A stretch of DNA of 64,000 bases, from the NCBI GenBank assembly GCA_003344405.1, contig NOWV01000125.1, positions 62,001-126,000 of the forward strand, read 5' to 3'. The stretch's first letter is position 1. Each line of letters opens with the position of its first letter. This DNA comes from Trichoplax sp. H2. Taxonomy: Eukaryota. The notes under the pieces were generated by a model, which was given only the letters and a program-made list of their open reading frames with translations, did no database searches and was not told the DNA's origin. Both the position numbers and the translations under genes were made by a program. Positions 40,298 through 52,693 of the stretch are shown here, in pieces.

Positions 40298-42481
40298 TCC
40301 AACGGAAAAATTCACAAATATCGCATCATTTCCAGTCAAACCTACTACATAGCACGGAGCTTGAAGCTCGAAATGGACGTGCATGTAAAGTATAGTATGC
40401 ATGCACTCATATAGCTGCGACGCCTTTGGGTATAAGTTTATGGTAGCAAAGCTTTAACAAGTTGGCATGAATAAAACATCCGCATTACAATTTATCAATC
40501 GAGAATGCTTTTGCTATGCTTGATCATTACCTTCCTGTTACTTGAGCATAGGATATGCAATTCGTTCTTTCGCTAATGTTATTCAGCTCCTACTAACACT
40601 CACACGTCTTGAAAAGTATTTATACGAGTACTCTACCATGTACTTAGTCCTGCTAATTTACCTTTCTGCAACTGTGCTTAAAGTATCAAAGCAGCTAAGG
40701 AAGCATAAGCAAACTCAAACATTCCGTTCAACTGAACGAGTTGTTATCTAGTGCAGATAAATAATGTAATACCAATACCTTAACTTCTATATGTCAAAAT
40801 ATAAAACTTTAATGTTAGATAACGTATAATATTTTACCATTCTACTCCATGGATTTTACGCCTGTTATACTTTTACTGTTTTCGAAATATAGCTTAAAGC
40901 TATTTATTAACTGTCATATACTGAATCATCTACAATACCCAGTGTTGTGTTTTACAGCATTGAACAGTCATAGTTGAAGAGTATTATTTCCAAATTTTTG
41001 TACTTACATTTGCAAAGTAGCAATTAACTAGAAAATAGATTACGGAATGCTTGTAGAATTAAAGGCTCAACACGAAATGATTGGCTACCATGGAAATTTA
41101 AATTAAAATAAATGAGCTAAATTTTAAAAGGATAACGTTTGTACGACTATACACGCAATTAGAATGATTCATATTTGTTGCTCCACGTAGCGATATCCCC
41201 TACATTAAATTACTCGAAACCGATAGGCTATCTGATGTTCAGGTTCAAATAATGAAGATTGCTCGAATAATTTTGGTGTAAGATATTTGTTATCCATTTT
41301 CTTAGGATAATTTAATTGTGACTGATTATGTGAAAACTATGCGCTATTATTTTATGACATTGTTTATTGCATACCAAACACGTTCGGCCAAAGACCGTGT
41401 TTATTACACAAAATACGAACTTTAAACGTAGCATTCAGACTATTACGGTACCAGAACGTTCTAAAAGGAATATCGCAGAATCATACTGCACCTTGAACTG
41501 ACATTAGACTAGATGATGATGCGCTAATTTGTACATAATCCTATCTTGTAACTACTAGGTAATTGCACTTTAGCTCTTGCTAGTAAATTTCCTAGATATA
41601 TTGAGTATCGTTTATAAATCCAGTACATAATTTTCTTGGCAATTGCTACTTTATTACTTTTAAAATACTAAAATAAATTTTATAAATTTTGCTTACCGAT
41701 TCATCTTAACTAATTTTTTGATATCTTATTCACTTGCCCTACAGTAGTCTAATTTTTAATGCACGCATTCATCCTGAACTAATATAGTACGTTACTCATT
41801 TGGTTCTATTTCCATATTTTTAGACGGTCTCAATTTCCAAAACTGATTGTTTACCGAAATATGTAAAATTTTTACATCAATTGAAAAGTTTCAAAAGTCA
41901 AACTGTTATTATTTATTCATTGGTTAGATGATTTCGATGCAACAGTATGCATTTATCAGATTGTACTCAGGGTTTGTCATCTAGTACGGTACTATGGCTA
42001 TCAGTCATTACCTTTCTATGCAATCTAACCAATCTTTCATCCTTTCACTAATATCTTTCTATTAATAAGTATTGTAACTATTATTATTATTATCTATGTA
42101 TGTAATAACTTATCATATAATAAGGCCACTAGCTATAATTGAATCAGCGATCCATTATTAATGCATACGCTCTACTCATCAACTAGTACAGTGCTGATCG
42201 TTACCAAGCAACAGGTGTTAGATGGGTGTGTTCCTCTAGAGTAGTAGTATGGTCTATTGTCTGATCAATATGTAACCTATATTATGAACGGATCTGCCAA
42301 AGGAACTATTCGGTTGCATAATTAATTGATCCATTGTCAACTGGCGACGACAAAGTAAATTCTTAAAAAAGCTATATTTAATCTAAGTGAAAGACTCACG
42401 TCCGCATTTATGCAACAACTCCCTAGTCTTTCTTCGTAAAAAGCTTTAGATATTTATTTTTATTTCGTCCAGCAAAGTATC

Positions 42482-44424
42482 ATGGCATACTCTACCTTTA
42501 GAAATAGTCGTATCCAGATAATACTTTTAATATTATCTTTATATTATTGTCGAGCCACGGTTGATGTATCATCAGACGCTTTCATTAAAGGTCATATGAA
42601 ACCATTAGGATCTCATCGAGAACCTTTGGCCGTAGAGGAGTTAACTTCTATTCCTAATCCAAAAACATTTTATGATCTTTATACTAAGCCTGGTAAACCT
42701 GTAATTCTTCGTAATGCAGCCAAAGCGATTCCAGCTTTCAGTTTATGGACTGATGAATATCTAAGGTAGTTTGATAATCGATAGTCTGATAGATCGTAAA
42801 AGTCGTAAAAGGAATTATTATCGCCGTAGATGTTAAATCATGTTATTAATCATACTATTAATAATCAATTTGTACCGATAGTTTCTATCTATCAATTAGT
42901 AATTCGTTTATAGAGATAGACCTTTATTATCAGTATAGCCTAAAACGACGTCGAAGTAATCATTGATCTAGCGTTTTATACAATGAAAGCTTTTCATATA
43001 CGTAATAAATATATTAGAAATTAACAAGATTGGAGTAAGTTCTATACATGATATAACGATATACGATTCTACTTTAATATAAACTATGCATACAGAATAT
43101 AGCATTAACTAGTTAAAGACCGGCTACGAAGTAATAAAGTATTAGTTATAAATACTGTATTTGGATGTAGTATAACTCCCGGGATTTAGATATAACTACA
43201 TCGATTTACTTTATAAAGAAGTTAACAAATCGAGATCTTAGATTGATAGTATCGAATTATACGATTAATGACTTTTCATCGTTAGCTGATAGTTTATATC
43301 GTATTTGTATGTACACACTATAATACTTTAAAATTATTTAGTTTGTCATCGATTTTTATAATTTCATTTGGAGCAAGTCTGTAGCACAATAAAATATATA
43401 ACGAATATATGTAAACTAGTTTGACATTACCGTAAATAATGTACTGTGTCGGTACATAGTGTAAATTAATATTTACTTACGATGTCTTCAGAATATTTAT
43501 AAATAGTTAATGAAATATGTTACGCTAAGATTATTTTCTTATTATTAATTTCGATTACTATCGAAATTGTTGATATTTAATAGATCTAGTAGTTATATGT
43601 ATAAAATTGTTTGCAATTTAATGTAATATTTTAAAAAGTTCTAATACATTCACGAATCGTGTCACAATATTTATTAATATACAGCGAGAAATTCGGTAAT
43701 GTTCAAGTTCTAGTCGAAGAAGGTAAAAAAGAGAATAGATCGAAAGGGAATTTTATGACTTCTCTAAAAGAGTTTGTTAACTCATATAAAACTGAAGATT
43801 TATATGTTGTTCATACGGTCCCGAAAGAAATGCGAGGTTAGTTATATTTCTAATATATTACTTTTATCGGCGAACTACTTGCAAGAATAATAACGATAAC
43901 ACCTACTTAAAAGCAGTCGATTACGAGTTTGCAACATACGAAGTATTAAGGTTCGGCTAAAATTCTTCAATTGGAACCTTTGATTTTGTAGATTAGGTAT
44001 ACAGTATAGTACTGATAAAATACAGCGATATTAACCGGAAATACTTAATGTGATCGTCAGTGTGCTCAGTTCTGTTACAAAAATTAGAGTGTAAGAAAAT
44101 TGTTTTAGCTCATGAATTTTGCAATGCTTACAGTTAAACTTTGCATTAATGATTTAAATTGCAATTAGGAAGCAAATCCTTGATGCAATGTTACTGCGAA
44201 AAATGGCTAGCAAGCAAAAATTCAGAAAAATTCTATTGGATTGTGAAGTTGGCGAGATAAAATTTATCGATGTTTTTTCAGCTTTTGATAAGGATAAAAA
44301 TGGCAAGATATCAATTAATGAGGTGCACGAACTACCTTACGGGCAATTTTCTAAACTTTTCCCTAACTGGCATTACCAGACCGAAGAGTCTAACGAAATG
44401 GAACCTGATCGCGACGAATTGTAA
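42482..44424 (+). pseudogene. ER-lumenal JmjC/cupin-like gene (signal peptide, EF-hand, RDEL) lacking catalytic-core exons; exons 42482-42765, 43685-43836, 44169-44424
   Basis: Hydrophobic signal, GH..PLGSH, GKPVILRNAAK..PAF..WTDEYL and VEEGKKENR resemble a JmjC/cupin_8 N-terminal part. The last exon has DKDKNGKISINE and C-terminal RDEL. No cupin core lies between, and exon 2/3 phases are incompatible. Confidence 0.6.
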
Positions 44425-45457
44425 CTTTTAAAGTAGTTCCTTTATGTAATTTTGAGAACAACGCTCTGCAGCTTTATGCCTGATTATCTAGAAAGCTAAT
44501 ACAATATATGTTTTTCAAACATTTGAAATGACGTTTTAGCGACCCATTTCCTCTTTGCGATAATCCAGATTATGTAAAAATTATCTGTGTATGCGTACAT
44601 TACCGGTACACAACATAATAAGGATAGTCTATTAAAAATTGCTTAATTAATTGATCAACCAATCTGTAATGCTGTTCAATTCTAATTTATGCCATAGATT
44701 GCTCAGTAATCATGTGATAGCTTTGTAGTGTCTATATTTGCTAGCGATATTTATTATTCAAATGTTGTTACAATAATATTGAGCTTAGATTTCACTAGCT
44801 CTAGCATAATCACGCTTGAATTATATAAATCTTAATAAATCGTGTAAGAGATGTAACACACCATAAGAAACATATTTCTGAAGAATCGAAAGTAAACTTA
44901 TGCTGACTATATCTACTCTTTCAAACACGAGCGAATTTATCTGATTCTGTTAGTCATAATTTATTTTAGTAAACGTAATTTGTTTGCGGTATACATACAA
45001 CCTCAATTAGTAATAGTTTGTTACACAGAAAATCAACTAATCATTACTCAAGCCGCATGAGATCTTTACCGAATAACGAGCGATTCTACAACCTTGAGAT
45101 GTAGATGTAGCACATTGCATTCGATGATCCAAGCATTATTCTTTACTTTACTTGACATAATCCTAAAATCATCAGTTTCTAAAGGTTTTATTTTATGTTA
45201 TACATGCAAATAAACACATACATATTGCTTGCTGATTGAAATTCTGGCGTGCAGCTGGGTAGCTCAATGTAATGCCTAAATCTAGATTATTTTCAGCATT
45301 TCAATTGAAATTTGATGTTTTACTTTCTCCGCGCTTCCTTATTTATTTATATATCAATCCAATTCTTAAAACGTGTAAGATGCGGTATAACTTTAGAGTA
45401 GGATTAATTTTTGGCTTCATCTTACAGAAGCAAAGGTTTGGCAATGAATGCTAACTA

Positions 45458-45595
45458 TCAATCGAATACAAGAAATATTCTTATCTGGTTTATTTCTAAC
45501 ATTAATGCGGTAACAATAATATGTACCACTCCATTTTGTGCAATAAATCCACTTGAGAGTAATGGCAAATCGATTAATCTCTCATTTTCCTTCAC
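45458..45595 (-). pseudogene. Possible isolated fasciclin (FAS1)-like exon remnant
   Basis: After an AG acceptor the frame reads VKENERLIDLPLLSSGFIAQNGVVHIIVTALM..., resembling the FAS1 H2 motif (NGVVHxI). No upstream exons were recognised. Confidence 0.3.
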
Positions 45596-46044
45596 CTACT
45601 ACAATGTTCATGCGGTATAATGTACACTAATGCAGTTAAGAATTATTATTGCTTGCGCGACTCCATCCGAGAATTTAAATGTTACAATATACGAGTATAC
45701 GCCAGTTTTTACACTTTCATAACGAAGAACCTTAACGAGCAAATAAAACCAGTACGCATTTGCCGTCATCCTTTAAAACTTGAAAGCTCACAATGTATTA
45801 CTATCAAGTACATACATATCACGAATATGCCACTCGACCATTAAAATCTTCACGAAATAGAAAGAAATGATGATAGAATTTAACACATATTCCAGTAATA
45901 CAGACGAGAGTAGATACAATTAACAGGCAATTATTGTCTGTAATGTTATGAATGGTAAGGTCAGGATGTTTCATCAAATACCGCATCGAATTTAAATTAA
46001 CAGATTCTTGCCTATCATACATTGATATGAGAAAAAATACTCCG

Positions 46045-46673
46045 CTATTTCTTAACACCAGTCCAGCTATCGATCCACTGCCTTATATGGTTAACATTGC
46101 TTTCAATATCTTTTAGTGAATCATTTTGGAGTTCCATTACTACGTCTTCTCTGTAACTATCTTGTGCTTCGCATACAATTTCTTGAAAGATTTCACACTC
46201 TACATTTTCGCGAATTTTGGCTTCATCATAGCCCCTGCACATAGGATAAATATGTACAGTGTATAAAATTATTAGTTAGGCAGGGCTGCAGCATCACGAT
46301 TCGGTCTCGTCATTAAAATCTATTCGTTCTAATTAATACTTCTACTAATAAGTGTGCTATAGGCTACAAGTAGGAGATGGAACAAGGCTGATTGCTGCTC
46401 TTTTCGTAGTATATAGTGTTACATACTGTAGATAATGAGTGCATTTGCGTAGCATTCTGTAGCTATCTTAACCTTATCCTCGTCGATGATGTGGCAATTG
46501 TACTTTGCATCCCACGACTCTAACAAATTATTTTTTTTGGCAAATTCTCCAACTTCGATGTGATTGAATTGGGTCATTTCTTCCAGCTGCTTGGATATTG
46601 TTGTTTTACCAGTACCAGGGGTACCAGCAATAAGAATATTCGGCTTCTGCCGACGACTAGTTGCCGAGCTCAT
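46045..46673 (-). CDS. AK6: Adenylate kinase 6 (Fap7/CINAP); exons 46673-46473 and 46234-46045 present, middle exon absent (possibly a pseudogene)
   Basis: PNILIAGTPGTGKTT P-loop, IIDEDK, and GYDEAKIRENVECEIFQ...EA.DSY. The DYH/FFPERWF segment was not found in any minus-strand frame of the 238-nt interval. Confidence 0.8.
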
Positions 46674-48845
46674 TCTACTCCAAAAGCGAATAAAGTTCTC
46701 GTGCAGGATTTGCAAGCATGCCTGCACTTTAATTAATACCTTGATGGTGCCTGGCATGCGCAAACTGTTTCTATGGCGATACTTGATAATGTGCCGTAAA
46801 TGACTGTGTGTGTGCATTAGTTCAGTATTGATTGGGTAATCATGACTCATTACAGTATAGTAGTCCAGTTACTACTGTACGCGTTCTGCGATAATAAACT
46901 GTATGGCGGAGCAGCTATCCTCTGCAAAATTTCTGCATTCAATTAGCAGTGAGAGTATGGAGATTATTTCCATTTTTTTCTAGCGAAAAAGCCTTAAATC
47001 TTTTCTTTATTTCACTTCTAATACCCAATTGTAATGCATAGTTTGTATATCGATTATCATCGAAGATACTCTTCCATTTTGTATACAGGACTAATAGAGC
47101 TCTAGAAATCGCCCGCTGCAGCCTGTATTAATGCAACCTTTACCTTTTGTCAGCCAATTGGCAGTAGGGATAAAATAAAATTAATTAATTTCAAGATAAA
47201 CCATCTGCTAAAAGTGTGTCTTAAAGTATACTGTAGTAAACATTTTTAACATATTAAATATTACGAGGCTGTACTAGATTCATGCTGCATAGCGTAAATC
47301 TTTGCACCGGGTTATATACTTTTCATATGCTGAAATCAACAAATATCAGAAACTACTACACTAGTCGCTTAAAATTGTAGTTTGTTTAAGGTACTTCAGT
47401 TAAAATAACTTACAGTTTACTTTTTTAATAATTACAATCTTGGATCAACGATACATGCAAAATATCGTATATAACATAGAATAACTATTATTTAGTAAAA
47501 CTGAATAGCTTCTACGAAGGTAACAACTATTAGAACTTAAGTATACCTTGCCGAAACAATGTACCTGCAAGCATTATATTAGTTAATAATTAGGCATAAT
47601 TTTAATAGACTGATACGAAAACACAATATTCCATTCCCGGACTCTAACCATCATTAAGATGTAGGTAATTGTGTTAGAATTAGAGTTACGACAGTTATGG
47701 CTAGGTTATTTAAATTAAATTTGTTAATGATAATAATTAACACTGGGAAGGAGAGAAGAAATCTGTATCTATCCCCTCATTCCTATAATTGGCATAAGTG
47801 GAGTAAATTGCATTTACAATCGTAGCATTCTGCATATTTTAAGCTAGAAGGAAAGCTTATCTCTACAGCTCCAACGAATATGCAATATAGGAAAGCCTAA
47901 ATAGTGTAAATTTTATAGTCACTTCCGTTAGGAATTTATGACAACATGGAAAGAGGCATTCAAAAGCATGTAATTATACCGTTGCGATTGATAATTTTAT
48001 TGCGTAAAATGAATACTTGGAATTGCAGAATTTTTACGGGCGTATCTGGTATTTTCTTTCATACCAACAGAGTAGCAAAAGCTTACAGTGTATTCATACA
48101 CCCATAGACAGATAGAAGCTATAGTACAAGCTTCATAAAATATGATACTAATAAAAATATTATTAAGTAGTTTTGCAAATAGATCCTTTCTTTTCAAGTT
48201 ACAAGCACGGATATCCGTACTAGTTTCATTATTTACGTATAAAATTAAATAATGGAACGCCTGTGCTAATTAATTAAACTATCAATATACTTTATAAAAC
48301 ATACGCGTGTCTTTGTAAAATTATAGAGATTTCATTATATATACGCGTATTATTAAAAACTGTATACTCGTACATTGAATATTTACATATTACCTAATTT
48401 AATTATGGTGAGATGAATTTTGATCAATATGTGCTTATTGCCACTTTCAGATAACACATTAGCATACAGTAGATTTTCTAGTTAGTGATGAAATTTAGCT
48501 GTATTTAGATACTAGTACTTTGTGAATTTCTCACTAATGAAATATTCCATATGCTCGTAAAATAGTTAACAATTGGATATTCGAGAAACTTTTCTATTAT
48601 CATAAACTTGTCCAATTTTTTAAACTTAAATTAGTTTTAAAAGCAAAGTAACAGCGTATATTAACTTCCAAAGAGATTCTACCAATTTAAAGGATATAAC
48701 CTCAATCGTATCATAGTAGATTGATGTCTCAATTATAATATATAACGTGTTTTAAAGCTATCCTTTGTACATTTCCCTGTCCTCCGTATCTTGATTTATA
48801 AAACAAATTATTCTAAAAAAGTCGACTGCAAGCTCAAAATCATCG

Positions 48846-51362
48846 ATGTGTGATATTTCTGTAGCTTTCACTTGCTATTTAGTAATCGGTTTTCACATTG
48901 GATTATCTCCTTACACCGCCAACGGAGAAAATACCATTGGGAATGAAGTTAGCGGTATCAGGGCCTTCCAACAAGGTGATTTTATTCTTGGAGGATTCTT
49001 TGACGTTTTAAATGACTATGATGCAAAAACTGGACATTGCTCTAAGATAAATGCCCAAAATGTTCAACAAGTGCAAGCTATGATATATGCTATCAAAATG
49101 ATTAATGAAGATTCAACGCTATTGCCAAAGGTAACTTTTGGATATGATATTAGGGATACGTGTAGATCATCGCAATTAGCTCTGAGATATGCCATGAACT
49201 ACGTAAAGCATAATCGTGATCTAGAGCTGAATTCATCTAATACTGCCAATTTTGTGCATGGACGAATTGCTGCTGTTATCGGTGCTGCAAGTAGTAAGGA
49301 ATCAATAGCTGTAGCAACGATGCTTAGCAATTTTGAATTATTGCAAATAAGTTATAGCGCTAGCAGTCGTCGATTAAGTAATGTGGCAGAATACAAGTCA
49401 TTTTTCCGAACCGTCCCATCAGATGATTACGAGGCTGATGCAATTGTACAAATTATTAGACAATTTCGGTGGAATTATGTTGGAATCGTGATTGTAGATG
49501 ATGCTTTTGGTGAAGCAATGGGTAATACACTACTACGATCAACAACTAGTCTAGGAGTATGCATACCGATTTTTGCAAAGTTTCAAATCTATCGTAAACA
49601 GCAAGATATGATTACAATTATTCAGCGATTAATTGCTAAACAAAATGTTCAAGCTATAGTTTTAATATGTGATCCAGTGGATGCATTGTCTTTTTTTCGC
49701 CAGGCTGAACGACTAGGATTAACTGATAGAAATTTTATAGCCGTCTCTGGCTGGTCAAATAGCCCATTAGTCAGGCGCTTTCCAACTAGTGTAGTTAGTG
49801 GAAGCCTCGGAGTGATGCTTCCTGATCATAATATAGAAAAATTTATGCAGTATTTGAAGACGTTAAATTTTTGTAATAATCAGGCTAATCCTTGGTTTCA
49901 AAAGATATTTAAAGAATCATACAATGGTAATGATTGTAACCTGCCTAATGAGGCTACAAATCCAGCAACAAATGATTTTTATGCTAATGGTGTCTATGTT
50001 GGTTATATTATTGACGCGATTTATACTGTTGCACATGCATTACATACTATGTTAAACTGTAAACCTGGCGCTAGCTGTTCCGTGATGGATAATGTTAATG
50101 CTGCGAAGCACATTAATCTAAAGGAATTACATAAATTTGTTTATAATGTTAGCTTTAATGGGATTACAGCACATCCAGTACGATTTGACAAGACTGGAGA
50201 TGGCCCAGGTATTTATAAATACTGCAATTTACAGATTGACCCTAGTAGTAAAATCCTGCAGACGGTAGTTGTTGGAAGCTACTCAGCGACGGAGATTGCT
50301 ACAAATTCTTCTAAGTTCTATCTACAAACCAATGAGATTATTTGGCATTCAGGGGCGATTTTACCACCAGAATCACAATGTAGTGCAGATTGTCCACCTG
50401 GTACTTATCGAATTTTTAGTATTGCAGAAAGATGCTGCTGGACCTGTCCGCCATGCCCAACGCATCATTACTCCAATTATACAAATACCGTTCACTGCCA
50501 TGATTGCTTACGTGGTTGGACAGCAAATTCTAATGCTACAGGTTGCTTAGCGGTCTTTAGAAGGCATTTAAGAATAACCGATGGGCCAGCTCTATTAGTT
50601 GTCATTATTGCAAGCATTTTTGTTAGCTTGACATTAACGACTTGCTTTCTGGTTCATAGGAGAAGAAAAAATATCTTGATTACCGAATCTAGCTACTTAC
50701 TTAATATGTTGTTGCTAATTGGCTTATTAAGTAATTATGTATTACCCATCCTGCTATTAATACCGATTACTCCTTTGATCTGTACACTCTCTTTTATTGC
50801 ATTTAGTTTCTGTACAACCCTTGTTCTCCTTGTTCTTTTAATGAAAATTGCAAATCTTAACAGAATTCAAGACGAACGATCACCCGGAGAAAATACTAGC
50901 TCCATAATAAGCAACATTGTTATTCAATTGGCTGTATTAATACTTACTCTCATGTTTCTAGGTATGGCTTATATGCTGATTTTAAAATTTGATCCAATTA
51001 CTGTAGGTATTGATGACGTTACCTCCAAAAAGGTGGTTTATTTATATTGTAAGACCAACGATAACGCCATTGCTGTGTATGCGTATGCTCAATTTGGATT
51101 ATTGAATATTCTATGTATTTATCGTGCATTCAAAGCTCGAAGTGTACCTATTGCTTGCTACGAAAGTCGCTATATACTTCTTGCTAGTATTTTATCATTG
51201 GGTCTTTTTTCATTTGCGGCACCGGCATATTTCTATGCAACCGGTATATCCAAATTTGGACTCAGTGCAATTGGTGCCGTGGCTTTTCCGGCTTTAATAT
51301 TCTTATGCTTATTTGTAAGAAAGATAATAGCTATCTTATTTCCAGAGTGTTCTTCAAAGTAA
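48846..51362 (+). CDS. Class C GPCR (CaSR/mGluR-like: Venus flytrap + Cys-rich + 7TM), intronless
   Basis: GDFILGGFF, AM.YAI..IN....LLP.VT.GYDIRDTC, QISYSASS, FFRTVPSD, P.SQCS.DC.PG, CCWTC..C, then seven hydrophobic segments and a very short C-tail. Confidence 0.95.
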   Translation: MCDISVAFTCYLVIGFHIGLSPYTANGENTIGNEVSGIRAFQQGDFILGGFFDVLNDYDAKTGHCSKINAQNVQQVQAMIYAIKMINEDSTLLPKVTFGYDIRDTCRSSQLALRYAMNYVKHNRDLELNSSNTANFVHGRIAAVIGAASSKESIAVATMLSNFELLQISYSASSRRLSNVAEYKSFFRTVPSDDYEADAIVQIIRQFRWNYVGIVIVDDAFGEAMGNTLLRSTTSLGVCIPIFAKFQIYRKQQDMITIIQRLIAKQNVQAIVLICDPVDALSFFRQAERLGLTDRNFIAVSGWSNSPLVRRFPTSVVSGSLGVMLPDHNIEKFMQYLKTLNFCNNQANPWFQKIFKESYNGNDCNLPNEATNPATNDFYANGVYVGYIIDAIYTVAHALHTMLNCKPGASCSVMDNVNAAKHINLKELHKFVYNVSFNGITAHPVRFDKTGDGPGIYKYCNLQIDPSSKILQTVVVGSYSATEIATNSSKFYLQTNEIIWHSGAILPPESQCSADCPPGTYRIFSIAERCCWTCPPCPTHHYSNYTNTVHCHDCLRGWTANSNATGCLAVFRRHLRITDGPALLVVIIASIFVSLTLTTCFLVHRRRKNILITESSYLLNMLLLIGLLSNYVLPILLLIPITPLICTLSFIAFSFCTTLVLLVLLMKIANLNRIQDERSPGENTSSIISNIVIQLAVLILTLMFLGMAYMLILKFDPITVGIDDVTSKKVVYLYCKTNDNAIAVYAYAQFGLLNILCIYRAFKARSVPIACYESRYILLASILSLGLFSFAAPAYFYATGISKFGLSAIGAVAFPALIFLCLFVRKIIAILFPECSSK

Positions 51363-51604
51363 GAGGAACTGTACAACCGTTAAATTGATTAATTAATGAA
51401 TGAATTATCAATTAGAATAATCGTTACTCTTGCACCATTGCTATTTATTGGTTGGTTTTTCTGAACGCTTAATTATCTTGCAGTATGTTACTTGTTTAGC
51501 CAAGCAAGTCTTAGACTATTGCATGGGTACGATGCAATGTCCTTACAATTGAATGGTGAAAACTTAAATTTTTCTTAATGTAACATAATATGTAACTATA
51601 TTAT

Positions 51605-52693
51605 TGTCACACACCACTAGTGACAAAGTAGTCTACACACGCCAATCCTTGCGGAGAACGCCACTTACTAACTTAAAGAGGCGAGATTAGCNNNNNNNNN
51701 NNNNNNNNNNNATTAGAATAATCGTTACTCTTGCACCATTGCTATTTATTGGTTGGTTTTTCTGAACGCTTAATTATCTTGCAGTATGTTACTTGTTTAG
51801 CCAAGCAAGTCTTAGGCTATTGCATGGGTACGATGCAATGTCCTTACAATTGAATGGTGAAAACTTAAATTTTTCTTAATGTAACATAACATGTAACTAT
51901 ATTATGTATATATATATACTGTATAACATTGTTGTTAACATATATAGAGTAGCACATATTCACTATATAACGGCATTTTATTGAAATGGAGTTAGTAATT
52001 TTGATTTTATACAAGAGTACACGGTAAAAAGTTACTGAATCTCTGATAGGTCTATCAAATGTTACTACTATCTGTTAAATGAGCACATTATCGTAAACCG
52101 TCAGCAAAGCGACGGGAGTTTGCACTAGTGTAGATTAATTTGCAAATCGCTACAGTATTTGCATATTAACAGCATGCTTATGTTCCTTAACTATAGAAGG
52201 AATTTTACTTAACAGTAAATAAAGGTAATATAAATATTATAACGCACAGCTGCTAAATATAGCTTACTTATCGTATATATATACATTTATTATTCATATT
52301 CTGAGAAGCTTTCTGCAGCTTCNNNNNNNNNNNNNNNNNNNNATTAGCTATATCACCAAATAATTCAGTTCCAACAACCGAATACTATGGTATAATTATA
52401 GCGTCACAGATGATGTAGACGAGATAGTCAGAGATTTACTATCATTTATTACTGAAGGAATCTTGGCACCCAAGATTATAGTCTTTACAATTAAATATCA
52501 ATTGAAAAACTAGTTGACTATCTAACCGACTAACGAACTAAAAAGGAATCTTCAGGCACCAGCCTTTTATAGTCTCGTCAGAAACTCCTGGTTAAACAAA
52601 TTATATGAAGAAATGACAATTAATAAAACGTCAATCCACACAAGCAATATTTAATATTACTCAATAATTAGGACGAGCTTACGCATCGTAACA
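51605..52693. mobile_element. LTR-type insertion (probable solo LTR, ~430 bp when joined) split by assembly gaps: 51605-51691 and 52343-52693
   Basis: Termini TGTCAC...GTAACA; ATTAT on both sides (51600-51604, 52694-52698); empty site with a single ATTAT at 51901-51905; the pieces overlap by ATTAGC across the gaps; AATAAA at 52622. Confidence 0.8.
51692..52342. other. Alternative (empty) haplotype placed between two 20-N gaps (51692-51711, 52323-52342)
   Basis: 51712-51905 repeats 51411-51604, and 51901-52322 repeats 52694-53071 with a few SNPs and one replaced block. Confidence 0.85.

Noticed and set aside
40525-40750. Exon-like segments on the minus strand
   Set aside because: Could not be joined into a frame or assigned to a family.
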